Assembly: GCA_964391885.1 (NCBI GenBank) | Contig: CAYMNU010000082.1 | Span: 1 to 52,334, forward strand | DNA: 52,334 bases | Direction: 5' to 3' | Origin: an uncultured archaeon | GTDB lineage: Archaea > Altiarchaeota > Altiarchaeia > JAFGQM01 | Shown here: positions 25,216 to 35,706 of the stretch, in pieces | Layout: every line of letters starts with the position of its first letter | Numbering within the stretch: the stretch's first letter is position 1 | Notes under the pieces: model-generated | The model's input: the letters and a program-made list of their open reading frames with translations, nothing else | Told to the model about the DNA's origin: nothing | Database searches by the model: none | Made by a program: the position numbers and the translations under genes

Positions 25216-26849
25216 AGAAGTATCGTAAGGAAGATAAACATCAGGAGGAAGAGGACAGGTATGACACGGCTTAGTATTCTTACCATAGTCGCGAGCTCGT
25301 AATAGGCCTCGCCGAAAACACGGACGCCGCTAAGGAGGGACTCGCCGTAGTAGAACTTGGCCTCTTTTAGGTCTGAGATTGCTTCTGAGATTACCTGGCG
25401 TATGGCTGAAGGGGGCGTATCTGGTCTGTTTATGAGTGCCTTGAGTGGGAGCGAATGCGTATCCGTAGAAAAAGATATTACGCGATTGATGCCAAGCAGC
25501 TTGGCCTCTTTTTGGATGGCGTTTTGTTCCGCATCAGTGAGGCCGTTTGTATCCTCGATAAAATAAAGCGTCTTCTCACGCGCTTCGATTATCAAGGCAA
25601 AAAGGCTATAGTCGCCGTATTTGAGAATCGATGTCCCGATTTTAGCCTTCCTGAGCCGATCTTTAGAAAGGCGGTCGACAAGTTTTGATACGAGCCTGTC
25701 CAGGGCATATGCGTCCTTGCTGAAGGGCTGGACGTTGCTGCAGGTCTTCATGGGCGGGTTTGGATGGGAATCGATTATCATGATCTTTTTGCCCTTGTGT
25801 TTATTTCGTATTATCTCGATTGCCGCGGGGTCGTAGTCGTCGATGTGGTCGCATGAAAGGGAGATTAAGTAAAGGTCGTTGAGCCTTTGGCCCGTTGCCT
25901 TCATATCGCCCTCGCGGGTGTCAATGACCTGTGAGGCCATCAATAGCTGATATTTCCCTTCTGATATAGATTCAACAACCCGGGATTCCATTTTGCCTGC
26001 GGGATTGTATTCGTGGTTGGTGGGCATGTGGAAGAAATATGAATTCCCATAAGAATCATTCAGCTTTTCTATGCATCTGGAACTCAGATCACCGCCGCCC
26101 ACGCTCCTTATTGGGCCCGAGTGCAGCCAGGGGCCAATCAAAACATTCTTTTGATCCCCGGATTTGAACATCATATATTGCACCGGGACATCGATTTCAT
26201 CGCCAATGTCAAGCGACACGTCCTCGCCGCGTATACCTTTAAGGAACTTGCTCAGCTCAGCCATGCCTGACATGCCCACAAAAACCAGGGAGAATATATG
26301 CTCGTTGAAAAGGATTATCAGTGTCGAGACTGCAAGAGAGGCTAAAAGCAGGGAAGCATGTATTAGATCAAGCGAGAATGCTTCCAAGGACCAGGCAAGG
26401 AAGAGCCAGACGAGTGCAGGCTGAAGGAATGACAAGGAGATGCTGCGTGCACCTATTCTCAACGCGCCCAGTCCGTTAAGTGAGACCATCCATACAGTAT
26501 ATGAAAAAGCAGTCCAGAGAATCAGGGAGTCTAAAAAGCTTATCCTCGTAGAAAGCCTGAGCAAGGCAAGTACCGCTATAAACGCTATCTGGCTTATGAG
26601 TATTATCAGGTAGGACCATTTGGCTTTGAACTCAGGGGTGCCTTTATCTATAAGGGTGCCAGAACCCAGGTTGAGCAGTGTGAATAGCGCAGCAAAGAGT
26701 ATAGGGTTTATGGCGAGCCTCGGCTCGAGTATTGACTCGGAGGCCAATGCCAGAAGTGCGCCCGTAAGCAGTATAATAACCACTATCCCGAATATACCCG
26801 GGCCCTTGGCGCCAACAAATGAGAACTTCTTGAAATCCCTGGCATCCAT
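25203..26849 (-). CDS. DUF2070 family membrane protein
   Basis: Multi-TM N-half; 'HSGPIRSVGGG', 'H...HEYNP', 'IDSH', 'STDTH'; C-terminal TM. Confidence 0.8.
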   Translation of the reverse strand: MDARDFKKFSFVGAKGPGIFGIVVIILLTGALLALASESILEPRLAINPILFAALFTLLNLGSGTLIDKGTPEFKAKWSYLIILISQIAFIAVLALLRLSTRISFLDSLILWTAFSYTVWMVSLNGLGALRIGARSISLSFLQPALVWLFLAWSLEAFSLDLIHASLLLASLAVSTLIILFNEHIFSLVFVGMSGMAELSKFLKGIRGEDVSLDIGDEIDVPVQYMMFKSGDQKNVLIGPWLHSGPIRSVGGGDLSSRCIEKLNDSYGNSYFFHMPTNHEYNPAGKMESRVVESISEGKYQLLMASQVIDTREGDMKATGQRLNDLYLISLSCDHIDDYDPAAIEIIRNKHKGKKIMIIDSHPNPPMKTCSNVQPFSKDAYALDRLVSKLVDRLSKDRLRKAKIGTSILKYGDYSLFALIIEAREKTLYFIEDTNGLTDAEQNAIQKEAKLLGINRVISFSTDTHSLPLKALINRPDTPPSAIRQVISEAISDLKEAKFYYGESLLSGVRVFGEAYYELATMVRILSRVIPVLFLLMFIFLTILLWIF

Positions 26850-26917
26850 GCGCTAGTTTTGACGAAGATGGGATTTAAATGTGTGTTAGGGAAGAATAAT
26901 TAAGGAGGGTGGCTTAT

Positions 26918-27631
26918 TCAACGGGGACGCCTTTTCTTTTTGTTGAAGTCATGAGGTTCATGGGGCTCGTTCTCACGCATTTGCCTGGCGCGACTTTCCG
27001 AAGCAATTCTACCATACCTCCAGTTTTCGGAACCCCTACCATAAAAGGTTTCTCTACCCCTACGTATATCTCGAGAGGGAAGCTTATAAAGATCCCGAAG
27101 CATGGCTTCTGCGGCTTCCGGATTTCTGCGAGAAAGATTAGAAGTCCTGTTTAGTATATCCACGATTCGCTGAGACCTTGCAGTGCCTGCATTTTGGTGT
27201 ACCCACCGGCTGGATTCTAATTCAGCCAACTGGCCGGGACGTCTGGACAGAGTATCGACGACTGCAAATGCATTGTAGTTGGTGCCGGCTATCTCTCTTA
27301 TGGGTTCCCAGTGCTTGAGTACTGTAGGGCCAAGACGCCTAAGGCGCGGATGGCTCTCAAATGCCATGCGATCGTATCTGTGAAAATCTCCAGATCGCGC
27401 AGCCTCTACCATTCCAGGCACTCTCGCTTCTGCACGCATTGCTATCCTATGCGGCTGCAGATGTCTGTATAAGCCAACACCGCCCACACCCAATGCGCCT
27501 GCACCAATCAAAGCTCCAGCAACGACTGCGCGGCCTGTCGGCGTTAAAACACCCCTCGGTTTGCGCCTCTTTCCAGATTCCAGTATACCCTTCGGTAAAG
27601 ATGGGGCTTTGGGGGCTTTTCTTGGTTTCAT
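26918..27631 (-). CDS. Arg-rich hypothetical protein with a single TM
   Basis: Basic N-terminus, Gly/Ala hydrophobic segment 'AVVAGALIGAGALGVGGVGLY', basic tail. Confidence 0.7.
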   Translation of the reverse strand: MKPRKAPKAPSLPKGILESGKRRKPRGVLTPTGRAVVAGALIGAGALGVGGVGLYRHLQPHRIAMRAEARVPGMVEAARSGDFHRYDRMAFESHPRLRRLGPTVLKHWEPIREIAGTNYNAFAVVDTLSRRPGQLAELESSRWVHQNAGTARSQRIVDILNRTSNLSRRNPEAAEAMLRDLYKLPSRDIRRGRETFYGRGSENWRYGRIASESRARQMRENEPHEPHDFNKKKRRPR

Positions 27632-27719
27632 GGTTGGGATATACTATAAGCTAAAGGGTTAAAAATCCATTTAGAAGAGAATTAGGGTGCTGATTCGGAA
27701 AAAAAAGAAAAAAGGCGGA

Positions 27720-27860
27720 TTATCCGCCTATCTTGTACATGCCGGTTCCGCAATCGGGGCATGTGCCTTTCTTTGCTTTCTTTCCGTTCTTCATGGTGAC
27801 GTCCTCTGCACCGCTCATTTCCTTTTTTGCCTTGCATTTCACACAATAAGCTTCTGTCAT
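27720..27860 (-). CDS. DUF5679 Zn-ribbon microprotein (46 aa, not in ORF track)
   Basis: MTEAYCVKCKAKKEMSGAEDVTMKNGRKAKKGTCPDCGTGMYKIGG*; GGAG SD upstream. Confidence 0.88.
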   Translation of the reverse strand: MTEAYCVKCKAKKEMSGAEDVTMKNGKKAKKGTCPDCGTGMYKIGG

Positions 27861-28009
27861 TTTGGTTTCTCCATTGCTTTAAAAAGCCTTAATTTAAGGG
27901 TTGGATTTATAAAAACACCGCTCGCTGCGCTCGCGAGCTTTTATGGTATCGTATAGGTTATATTATCATAAAAACACGGATTTGCGGAGATTTCTGCAAA
28001 TCCTGCTTA

Positions 28010-28567
28010 CTATGCCCAGTCACCCAGCCAGATTTTGGCCTCCCGCTTCAGAAAGCTCTCTTTAGGCTTGGCTCTCTGTGTCGCTTGGGCCTGCCTTTGT
28101 GCCTGGCTTCTTTGCGCAGCCATCGCCCGCTCATAGGCCTGCCTTTGGTAGGCTTCCCTTTGGTAGGCTTCCCTCTGATAAGCTTCCTTTTGCGATCGAA
28201 GCTGTCGCATTCCTAAGCTCCCTTCCCTTGCTAGAGGGAGCCCACCATAACCGGGCCTCTCAATACCGGCTTGTGGAAACCTCTTTTGCGGGACGGGAAG
28301 GTATGACCTCGCATATCCGAAAGAAGGCGTAATAGCGGGACTCACAAAGCGAGGGGCCCTGGGATTCGCAATAGATTGCCTGCCAGGGGGTAAGCGCTCT
28401 TGGGGTGCTGCCCTCTTCCCAATCGGCAGGGGAAAGCCAAAAAGCGTGGGCTTCTTCTTGGACTTCTTCTCGCGAGCTTCCTTTATCTGGCGGGGATTCC
28501 TGGGTCGGCCTCTTGCCGAAACTGCAGCCCCCATATATAATGCCCCTCTCATAGCAGGTCCAACCAT
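28010..28567 (-). CDS. Arg/Pro/Gln-rich low-complexity hypothetical protein
   Basis: Basic; contains AYQRE pentapeptide repeats. Confidence 0.65.
   Translation of the reverse strand: MVGPAMRGALYMGAAVSARGRPRNPRQIKEAREKKSKKKPTLFGFPLPIGKRAAPQERLPPGRQSIANPRAPRFVSPAITPSFGYARSYLPVPQKRFPQAGIERPGYGGLPLAREGSLGMRQLRSQKEAYQREAYQREAYQRQAYERAMAAQRSQAQRQAQATQRAKPKESFLKREAKIWLGDWA
28141..28185. repeat. 15-bp coding tandem repeat x3 (AYQRE)
   Basis: gcctttggtaggctt / ccctttggtaggctt / ccctctgataagctt. Confidence 0.85.
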
Positions 28568-28642
28568 TGGCTATCGCTAAGTCTTGAGAAACAAGGAAGA
28601 AAAAGCAAAGAAAAAAAGAAAAAAAAGGAAAAGCAGGTGTCC

Positions 28643-31258
28643 CTACTTGTTCCTGATTGCGGCCTGTGCAGCGGAGAGCCTTGCTATAGGCACCCTGAAA
28701 GGCGAGCAGGACACGTAGTTGAGCCCTACCCTATGGCAGAAGTCCACAGAGCTCGGGTCGCCCCCCTGCTCACCGCAGATGCCCACCTTTAGGTCCTTGC
28801 GGGTAGCCCTGCCGCGCTCTACTGCTATTTTAATAAGCTCGCCAACGCCCTCCTGGTCCACAGCAGCGAAGGGATCCACTTCTAGAATCCCATTCTCCTT
28901 ATAGGCCCCCAAGAACTTGCCGGAGTCGTCCCTTGAGAATCCAAAGGTCGTCTGCGTCAGGTCGTTCGTGCCAAACGAGAAGAACTCGGCGCTCTCTGCT
29001 ATCTTGTCTGCAGTGAGAGCAGCCCTTGGCAGCTCTATCATAGTGCCTATCTTTATCGGTATGTCAGCCTTCTTCTCAGCCAGCACCTCTTTCGCAGTCT
29101 TTTCCACGACGCACCTCATGATCTCCATCTCCTTTGCCGCAGCAACGACAGGTATCATTACCTCGGGATCTACGTCAATGCCTTTCTTTTTGACATTTGC
29201 CGCAGCCTCGAATATCGCACGAGTCTGCATTTCTGCAATCTCGGGGTACACTATGGCAAGCCTGCAGCCCCTGAAACCAAGCATCGGGTTTATCTCATGG
29301 AGGCTATTAACTTTTTCCTCTACGAGAGCAACTGTCGTGTTCATCTGCTCGGCAACCTCCTTCATACCCTCTTTTGTCTGAGGCATAAACTCGTGGAGAG
29401 GGGGGTCCAATAGCCTTATAGTCACAGGCAGGCCTTTCATAATCTGGAAAAGCTCTTCGAAATCACCCCTCTGGTGCGGCAGGAGCTTTGCGAGAGCTTT
29501 CCTGCGCCCCTCTTCTGTATCTGAGAGGATCATCTCCCTGACTGCTACAATCCTGTCGCCCTCGAAGAACATGTGCTCGGTCCTGGCTAGCCCGATTCCC
29601 TCTGCGCCAAACCCTATTGCAACCTTGGTGTCGCGGGGAGTCTCGGCATTTGTCCTGACACCCAGCTTTCTCACTTCGTCGGCCCACTGCATAAGGGTTC
29701 CAAACTCGCCCTTCATCTCTGGGTCGATTACCGGAGCCTTTCCAAGGATTATCTCCCCAGTAGAGCCGTTAAGGGAGATATAATCGCCTTCCCTTACTAC
29801 GGTATCGCCCACCTTGAGCTCTTTGGTCTTATGGCTTATCCTAAGGGCTTCTGCACCGGCTACGCAGCACTTGCCCATGCCCCTGGCGACAACGGCAGCA
29901 TGCGATGTCATACCTCCTTTGGCAGTTAGTATTCCCTGCGCCACAGCCATGCCGTGTATGTCCTCAGGAGAAGTCTCGTTCCTGACCAGGATTACTTTCT
30001 CGCCTTTATCGTTGACCCATTCCTCGGCGTCGTTGGCTGTGAAGACAGCCTTTCCTACCGCGGCACCGGGGGATGCGGGAAGGCCTTTTGCAATTATGTT
30101 CATCTCGGCCTTGGTGTCTATCTGCTTGTGCAGAAGCTGATTTAGGGAATTCGGCTCGACCCTTAGCAGGGCGGTTTCCTTGTCAATCATCCCTTCTTCC
30201 ACCATCTCGACTGCAATTCTCACAGCAGCATGGGCAGTCCTCTTGCCATTCCTTGTCTGGAGTATGTAAAGCTTGCCCTCCTGTATGGTGAACTCCATGT
30301 CCTGCATGTCCTTGTAATGCTGCTCCATCTTGGACATAAAGCCTACCAACTCTTTATATATCTCGGGCATCTCCTCTTTCATGTCGTCCATGTGCTTCGG
30401 AGTCCTGATTCCGGCGACGACGTCTTCACCCTGTGCGTTTACAAGGTACTCGCCATAGAAGACTTTTTCTCCGGTCGACGGGTCCCTTGTGAAGCACACG
30501 CCTGTTGCAGAGCTGTCGCCCATGTTTCCGAACACCATGGTCTGGACATTGACTGCCGTACCTATGAGGCCGACAATTTCATGAATAGACCTGTATTTGA
30601 TGGCACGGGGATTGTTCCATGAGCCGAAGACAGCGTCCACAGACATCTGCAGCTGCTTCATTGGGTCTTCCGGGAAGCTCTCATTCGTATCCCTCTTTAT
30701 TATCGCCTTGTATTGTTTGATTAGTTCCCTGAGGTCTGCCGCATCGAGGTCAGTGTCCAACTTTACGCCTTTTGCCTCTTTGAGTGCGTGGAGCGCCTCC
30801 TCGAAGTGGTCGTGCTCGACACCCATGACAACATCACCGAACATCTGTATGAATCGCCTGTAGGAGTCCATGGAAAACCTTTCGTTGCCGGTAAGCTCTG
30901 CAAGCCCCTCTGCGACCTTGTCGTTAAGGCCAAGGTTGAGGACCGTGTCCATCATGCCAGGCATTGAGACAGCAGCCCCAGAGCGCACTGAAACGAGAAG
31001 GGGGTTCTTCGGGTCACCCATCTTCTTGCCCATCTTTGCTTCCAGTTTTTCAACTGCCTTTTTTATATCTTCATTGAAGCCTTCCGGGTATTTCTTTCCG
31101 TTCTTGTAGTAGAAGTCGCAGACCTCGGTAGTGATCGTGAATCCCGGAGGTACGGGGACTCCTAAATTCGTCATCTCAGCCAGGTTGGCGCCTTTGCCAC
31201 CCAGCAGCTCTTTCATTCCTTTATTTCCTTCTTCGAAGGAGTATATGTACTTATTCAT
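28643..31258 (-). CDS. ppdK: Pyruvate, phosphate dikinase
   Basis: 'LLGGKGANLAEM', 'SVRSGA..SMPGMM', phospho-His 'GGMTSHAAVVARG', 'FSFGTNDLTQ', 'YVSCSPFRVP'. Confidence 0.98.
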   Translation of the reverse strand: MNKYIYSFEEGNKGMKELLGGKGANLAEMTNLGVPVPPGFTITTEVCDFYYKNGKKYPEGFNEDIKKAVEKLEAKMGKKMGDPKNPLLVSVRSGAAVSMPGMMDTVLNLGLNDKVAEGLAELTGNERFSMDSYRRFIQMFGDVVMGVEHDHFEEALHALKEAKGVKLDTDLDAADLRELIKQYKAIIKRDTNESFPEDPMKQLQMSVDAVFGSWNNPRAIKYRSIHEIVGLIGTAVNVQTMVFGNMGDSSATGVCFTRDPSTGEKVFYGEYLVNAQGEDVVAGIRTPKHMDDMKEEMPEIYKELVGFMSKMEQHYKDMQDMEFTIQEGKLYILQTRNGKRTAHAAVRIAVEMVEEGMIDKETALLRVEPNSLNQLLHKQIDTKAEMNIIAKGLPASPGAAVGKAVFTANDAEEWVNDKGEKVILVRNETSPEDIHGMAVAQGILTAKGGMTSHAAVVARGMGKCCVAGAEALRISHKTKELKVGDTVVREGDYISLNGSTGEIILGKAPVIDPEMKGEFGTLMQWADEVRKLGVRTNAETPRDTKVAIGFGAEGIGLARTEHMFFEGDRIVAVREMILSDTEEGRRKALAKLLPHQRGDFEELFQIMKGLPVTIRLLDPPLHEFMPQTKEGMKEVAEQMNTTVALVEEKVNSLHEINPMLGFRGCRLAIVYPEIAEMQTRAIFEAAANVKKKGIDVDPEVMIPVVAAAKEMEIMRCVVEKTAKEVLAEKKADIPIKIGTMIELPRAALTADKIAESAEFFSFGTNDLTQTTFGFSRDDSGKFLGAYKENGILEVDPFAAVDQEGVGELIKIAVERGRATRKDLKVGICGEQGGDPSSVDFCHRVGLNYVSCSPFRVPIARLSAAQAAIRNK

Positions 31259-31371
31259 TTTTACCTATTCTACAATCTTTCGATTAGCTTGTTTAGTATG
31301 ACTCGTTGATTCTGAGCACCCCTCGCGCTCTGGGGCTCTATTTAGAACAAAACAGCTTAAAAACATTAGCT

Positions 31372-31830
31372 TTAATATGGCCTTGGATTGCTGGCGAGCC
31401 ACTCAGAGAAAAGGCTCTTGCAGTCGCCTGCTCGTATACTTTTTTTTATCCGGATTCCGCTGCCGCCGAGTTTCTTCATTTCTTCATTGGAAACTGGCAG
31501 CTCGTTGAATCCCGCCCGTCTCGCGTCGGATATCGATGCGCCGTATACTATCTCACCTATCCTGGCCCAGTGAATTGCAGAGAAGCACATGGGGCAAGGC
31601 TCGGTCGTGGAATATATCGTGCAGCCTGAAAGGTCGATAGTCCCAAGGCTTTTGCAGGCCTGCCTTATGGCATTAATCTCTGCATGGGCCGTGGGGTCAC
31701 TGTCTTTCCAGACTGTGTTGTGGGCGCATGCAATGACCTCATCGCCTTTGGCTATGCAAGCCCCGAAGGGGGTCTGGCCCTTCTTTATGCCTTCGCGCGT
31801 CTTATCTATGGCTTTTTGCATAAAGTCCAT
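31372..31830 (-). CDS. Zn-dependent nucleoside/guanine deaminase (cytidine deaminase fold)
   Basis: 'PFGACI', 'HAEINAIR', 'EPCPMC'. Start reassigned to ATG 31830 (MDFMQKAI). Confidence 0.9.
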   Translation of the reverse strand: MDFMQKAIDKTREGIKKGQTPFGACIAKGDEVIACAHNTVWKDSDPTAHAEINAIRQACKSLGTIDLSGCTIYSTTEPCPMCFSAIHWARIGEIVYGASISDARRAGFNELPVSNEEMKKLGGSGIRIKKSIRAGDCKSLFSEWLASNPRPY

Positions 31831-31921
31831 GACGAAATTGAAGAATCCAGGATAAAAAGAAAGGGGATGAAATAAGCTATCAACTTTTAATCTAATGCCC
31901 CGTAATAATATCGGTTTAAAA

Positions 31922-33028
31922 ATGAAATATCTCGCCTTGTTGTGCGTGGTTGCACTGGCAATGGGTGCTTCGGCAGAGTACTCTTTTGACATTATAAGCT
32001 CTGGGACAGACAATGTAATATTTGAGTACGCATGCAGCAGAAACAGCGACTGTATGTCCCCGGGAGAAGAATTCTGCGGCAAGGGGAATGTTAAAACGGT
32101 ATTATGCAGGTCTTTTGAAGGCAGGTGCGAGGTTAGTTGTGATCCCTTGCAGCGCCGAGATGCAGAAGAAAAAGGCATTTATGACGCTAACATAATAATC
32201 ACGCCTAGCCAGCCAAGCGAGCGGCGAGAGGGAAGGGAAATCAGCGTTCTGGTAAAGGACACTAGAGACGACCCTTTTATGAACTGGGGTGTCGATGTCT
32301 ATTGCGGCGGCCGCTGGGATACCGAGGTAGTCGAAGGCTCCACATACAGGGGGCAATTGGTAATAAGGGGTTTTATGGAGAGCTTCTATGTAGACGGCGA
32401 GCTGGAAGAAAGCCTCTACACGGACAGGCAGGGTAAAACCTCATTCACGCCCGATAAGCCGGGATTTTATGTAATATATTCAGCTGACAAGTACCTGAGC
32501 TTTTATGTCGCAGACGAGAGCGGCGAGATAATGGAATGTGGAAACGGGATTTGCGAGAGAAATTTAGGCGAGGATGAAAAGGTTTGCCCGGAGGATTGTG
32601 CAGCTACTGGGCCGGCCATAACAGCACCTGAGACTGGCGACACTACGGATACTGGCGAAACGCCCGAGCCTGTAGATCCTGAGCCTGTCGTCCAGGTACC
32701 TGAGTCTACGCAGCCCTCAGAATCTGGCGTCGGACCTGTTGCCCAGGGGGTACAAACCCCGCAAGAGGACAACCGCATGCTGCTGTTGATAATAATTATA
32801 ATAGCTACTGGAGCAGTGGTGGCAGTCCTGCTCATTGTTTACATGAAGAAGGGCAAGGGCCCGAAAGGTTCGGCAGTTGCGGCAGCGCAGGCTGCCCCCC
32901 TTGCGCAGACCCAAGCAAGTGCACCCAGCCAAGCGGCAACCCCGGTAGAGATAACATGCCCCAAATGCGGCGCCAAAAACCCAGGCGGCAGCACCTTCTG
33001 CATCAAATGCGGCGAGAGGCTGAAATAG
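31922..33028 (+). CDS. Secreted/membrane protein with Cys repeat, Pro linker, TM and cytoplasmic double zinc ribbon
   Basis: Signal peptide MKYLALLCVVALAMGASA, 'CGNGICERNLGEDEKVCPEDC', TM, 'CPKCGAKNPGGSTFCIKCGERL'. Confidence 0.8.
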   Translation: MKYLALLCVVALAMGASAEYSFDIISSGTDNVIFEYACSRNSDCMSPGEEFCGKGNVKTVLCRSFEGRCEVSCDPLQRRDAEEKGIYDANIIITPSQPSERREGREISVLVKDTRDDPFMNWGVDVYCGGRWDTEVVEGSTYRGQLVIRGFMESFYVDGELEESLYTDRQGKTSFTPDKPGFYVIYSADKYLSFYVADESGEIMECGNGICERNLGEDEKVCPEDCAATGPAITAPETGDTTDTGETPEPVDPEPVVQVPESTQPSESGVGPVAQGVQTPQEDNRMLLLIIIIIATGAVVAVLLIVYMKKGKGPKGSAVAAAQAAPLAQTQASAPSQAATPVEITCPKCGAKNPGGSTFCIKCGERLK

Positions 33029-33086
33029 TCCTTGCCTTTTTTATGTTTTATTTTTCTATTTTTAAAGGAGCTGCGATAAGATTACC

Positions 33087-33443
33087 ATGGGCCTGTTCGA
33101 AGACCTGCACCTGCTGATATGCCTCATATCCTTCCTATACTTGTTCAGGAAGGTCAAGGAGTCCACCCAGTCGAGGATGCTCGGAGTAGTCGTCTCGGGC
33201 TTTGTGATATTCTTCATATTCTTCCAACACGTATGGATAGCCTTTTTGTTCTTCTTCATAATGTTCGGCTATCTCTTCATCGGCGGTCTGACCTCCGGTA
33301 TCGTAGAGGGCCAGATGACGCGCGCTTACATGGGCTTCCTAGGTGGCATGGGCCGCGGCGGGGCACCCAACAACATGATAATGCCATTCCCGCAGCCATC
33401 GGGTGGTACGAGTAGCTGGATAACCCCGGGCGGAAAAGCTTAA
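33087..33443 (+). CDS. Small membrane protein with Gly/Met-rich tail
   Basis: About 3 TM followed by a low-complexity tail. Confidence 0.75.
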   Translation: MGLFEDLHLLICLISFLYLFRKVKESTQSRMLGVVVSGFVIFFIFFQHVWIAFLFFFIMFGYLFIGGLTSGIVEGQMTRAYMGFLGGMGRGGAPNNMIMPFPQPSGGTSSWITPGGKA

Positions 33444-33450
33444 TTGAAAG

Positions 33451-33789
33451 ATGGACTCCTCCACCTTCCTCCTTTTCCTTATCCTGATGGGCCTAGCTTT
33501 CACCTCAGGCAACCAGACGCTCCTATACATGGGCATTGGCGTGGGTGCGATATTCTTAATACTTATGGGCGGCGCGCACCACATAATAGTCGCGATAGTG
33601 TCGCTGGCTATACTGGGTGTGGGCTATATGATGTCGCAGGAGGGTGACACCCAATACATGCTTTATGCGCTCTTGATTTCTGGCGCCTTATTCATGATAT
33701 TCGTCCTGCACGGCAAGGACGAGGCTGCAGGAGGCGGTATGGACCCATATGGGGGCATGGGCGGTCTTGGGCTTCCAATGGGCTATTGA
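33451..33789 (+). CDS. Small membrane protein (about 4 TM) with Gly/Met tail
   Basis: Hydrophobic hairpins; 'AAGGGMDPYGGMGGLGLPMGY'. Confidence 0.75.
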   Translation: MDSSTFLLFLILMGLAFTSGNQTLLYMGIGVGAIFLILMGGAHHIIVAIVSLAILGVGYMMSQEGDTQYMLYALLISGALFMIFVLHGKDEAAGGGMDPYGGMGGLGLPMGY

Positions 33790-33817
33790 CTTTTAAACTA
33801 AAACCCCTTAACCTAGC

Positions 33818-35065
33818 ATGGCCGAATATTTCTCAGGGAGCGCAAGGCTTAATAAGACCCCCATAAAGTGGACTTCTGTTTTCCCGAAAGGATTTACACA
33901 TAACTGTGAGAGATGCGGGCTTTGCTGTACCCTAGTGCATGTCAACCAGAAGGACTTGCAGAGGCTAAATGCCTCGGGCTCGAGCAGCCTAGTTACCGAG
34001 CAAGTGCTTGGAGGCACGCCAAGGAAGGTGATGAAGACCAGGGAAAACGGAACCTGTGCTGCCCTCAATAAAGACTGGCTCTGCGACATATATGAAGCAA
34101 GGCCCATGATATGCCGCTCTTACCCCTTCCTGGTAAACCCAGGGATGGATGGTAAGCTGGTCATCGATATTTCTATGGGCTGCCCCTATGTGGGGCTCTT
34201 CGCGGATAAAAAGATTGAGAGCAGGGATTTAAAAGATGCAGTGGGGATTACAATTGATCACATCCCGGAAACCTTGAGGTCGTCGATGTCTTACAGAAAA
34301 ACGCTTGCCGACCATCTAAGGGCTGCTTTCCCGCCCGCATTCCTTTCGGAAAGTGAAAGACTGGAATTCATGGATGCTGCTATATCATATCTAGTGGGTT
34401 TGGAGGATCCGTGTAACATTATCTCTGAATCCGAAGCATGGGGCAGGGGCATTGCAGGCTATTGCAGGAGTAAGCTCAGTGAGGGGGGCAATTTCAATCC
34501 CAGTGAACTCAAAGGCGCCCTGTCTCTGGGAGGCAATGTAGAGAAACCTTCAAAAAAGCGCTGTAAGTTAGTCTTTGGGGATATTGGAAACAGGATTTTC
34601 TTTTTGGGCGAGAATGGTGTCGAGTTCAGCAATATCAGTGCCGGCTTCCTGGGAGTGCGTATAGGCGGGACTAGAATACCTTGGCGCAGCTTCGAAAAGA
34701 TGGCCTACTCCAAAGCTGCGATTGAAGAGCTTGCATCCTATATGAAAATCTGCATTCGCAGACCCGGCTTCCAGGTGACCTCGGCCAAAATCGCGAATTA
34801 CCTGGTGGATTATGAGGGAGTTGGGGCCATGGATCATGAGATAAGCTCTGTTCTCTTGTCTCGCGCCCTTGTCAGGCATTTTGATCCCATTGCCCGCAGC
34901 ATATCAGGCATGAGAGGGGACGAAAAAATAAGCGGCGAAGACGCAAGGCTGGCCATATGCAATATGGATAATATATTCTTAACTGCCCTTATGAGCGGAA
35001 GCCTGGCAAATGACTTCGTAAGAAGAATCAGGTCGGGAGAATTAACTAGCGTACCATCCCTATGA
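33818..35065 (+). CDS. YkgJ/FliB-like cysteine-cluster protein
   Basis: 'CERCGLCC', 'CAAL..DWLCDIYEARPMICRSYPF', 'CPY'. Confidence 0.85.
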   Translation: MAEYFSGSARLNKTPIKWTSVFPKGFTHNCERCGLCCTLVHVNQKDLQRLNASGSSSLVTEQVLGGTPRKVMKTRENGTCAALNKDWLCDIYEARPMICRSYPFLVNPGMDGKLVIDISMGCPYVGLFADKKIESRDLKDAVGITIDHIPETLRSSMSYRKTLADHLRAAFPPAFLSESERLEFMDAAISYLVGLEDPCNIISESEAWGRGIAGYCRSKLSEGGNFNPSELKGALSLGGNVEKPSKKRCKLVFGDIGNRIFFLGENGVEFSNISAGFLGVRIGGTRIPWRSFEKMAYSKAAIEELASYMKICIRRPGFQVTSAKIANYLVDYEGVGAMDHEISSVLLSRALVRHFDPIARSISGMRGDEKISGEDARLAICNMDNIFLTALMSGSLANDFVRRIRSGELTSVPSL

Positions 35066-35351
35066 TGCGGCCGGCGGAAGTCCCCCAGTGGTCTGCCATC
35101 TCTTCCCACCAGTTGTTGCCGTCCCACTTGGGCTGGTATTTGACACGCAGCATCTGCTCTTTCATGCCTTCTGAAGCAGGACCTATGTCAGGTGAGGGGT
35201 AAAACATCTTGTTCTGGTTCTTTGATGCGCCAGACTCGCTTGTAGAAACGAGAACCATGAGGACTCCGATGCCCAGCGCAACCCAAACCATTCCTTCCTT
35301 AAGGGCGAAGATTACAAGCACGAGCATTACCAAAACCAATACCATATTCAT
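35046..35351 (-). CDS. Small TM-hairpin protein, paralog A
   Basis: Shares 'GMVWVALGI', 'FYP', 'SEGM.EQM.R.KYQ..W.G' with 35391-35702. Confidence 0.8.
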   Translation of the reverse strand: MNMVLVLVMLVLVIFALKEGMVWVALGIGVLMVLVSTSESGASKNQNKMFYPSPDIGPASEGMKEQMLRVKYQPKWDGNNWWEEMADHWGTSAGRIIGMVR

Positions 35352-35390
35352 TTTGCGTTAATTTAATCGGGAAAGCTTAATAAACCTTTG

Positions 35391-35702
35391 TCATTGCAAA
35401 AGCCCTAATCCGCGGCCTAAGCCTGGCCCGAGCTCTTCGCCAATTGCGTTATGCATCTCATGGTCGTCCTCGTGACCCGTCCAATCACTCTGGTATTTTA
35501 TCCTAACCATCTGCTCCTGCATGCCTTCAGATACTGGCTTGAGGCGCTCCGGGGGATAAAAAAAGGGCGTTCGTGAAGGCTTCTTTTCACCCATTGCTAT
35601 GACTGCCATGAGCAGGCATATGCCCAATGCAACCCAGACCATTCCAGAGCTGATACCATAGAAAACCAGCAAAAGCATCACGAGCATAACTACTAGGTTC
35701 AT
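35391..35702 (-). CDS. Small TM-hairpin protein, paralog B
   Basis: Start reassigned to ATG 35702 (MNLVVML) by alignment with paralog A. Confidence 0.8.
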   Translation of the reverse strand: MNLVVMLVMLLLVFYGISSGMVWVALGICLLMAVIAMGEKKPSRTPFFYPPERLKPVSEGMQEQMVRIKYQSDWTGHEDDHEMHNAIGEELGPGLGRGLGLLQ

Positions 35703-35706
35703 TTTG

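Noticed and set aside
27920-27938. REP-like palindrome GCTCGC-TGCGCTC-GCGAGC
   Set aside because: Single short copy in the window; cannot be distinguished from chance.
31831-32178. N-terminal extension of the deaminase ORF to 268 aa
   Set aside because: The extension overlaps the divergent promoter and the surface-protein gene; homology starts at MDFMQKAI (31830).
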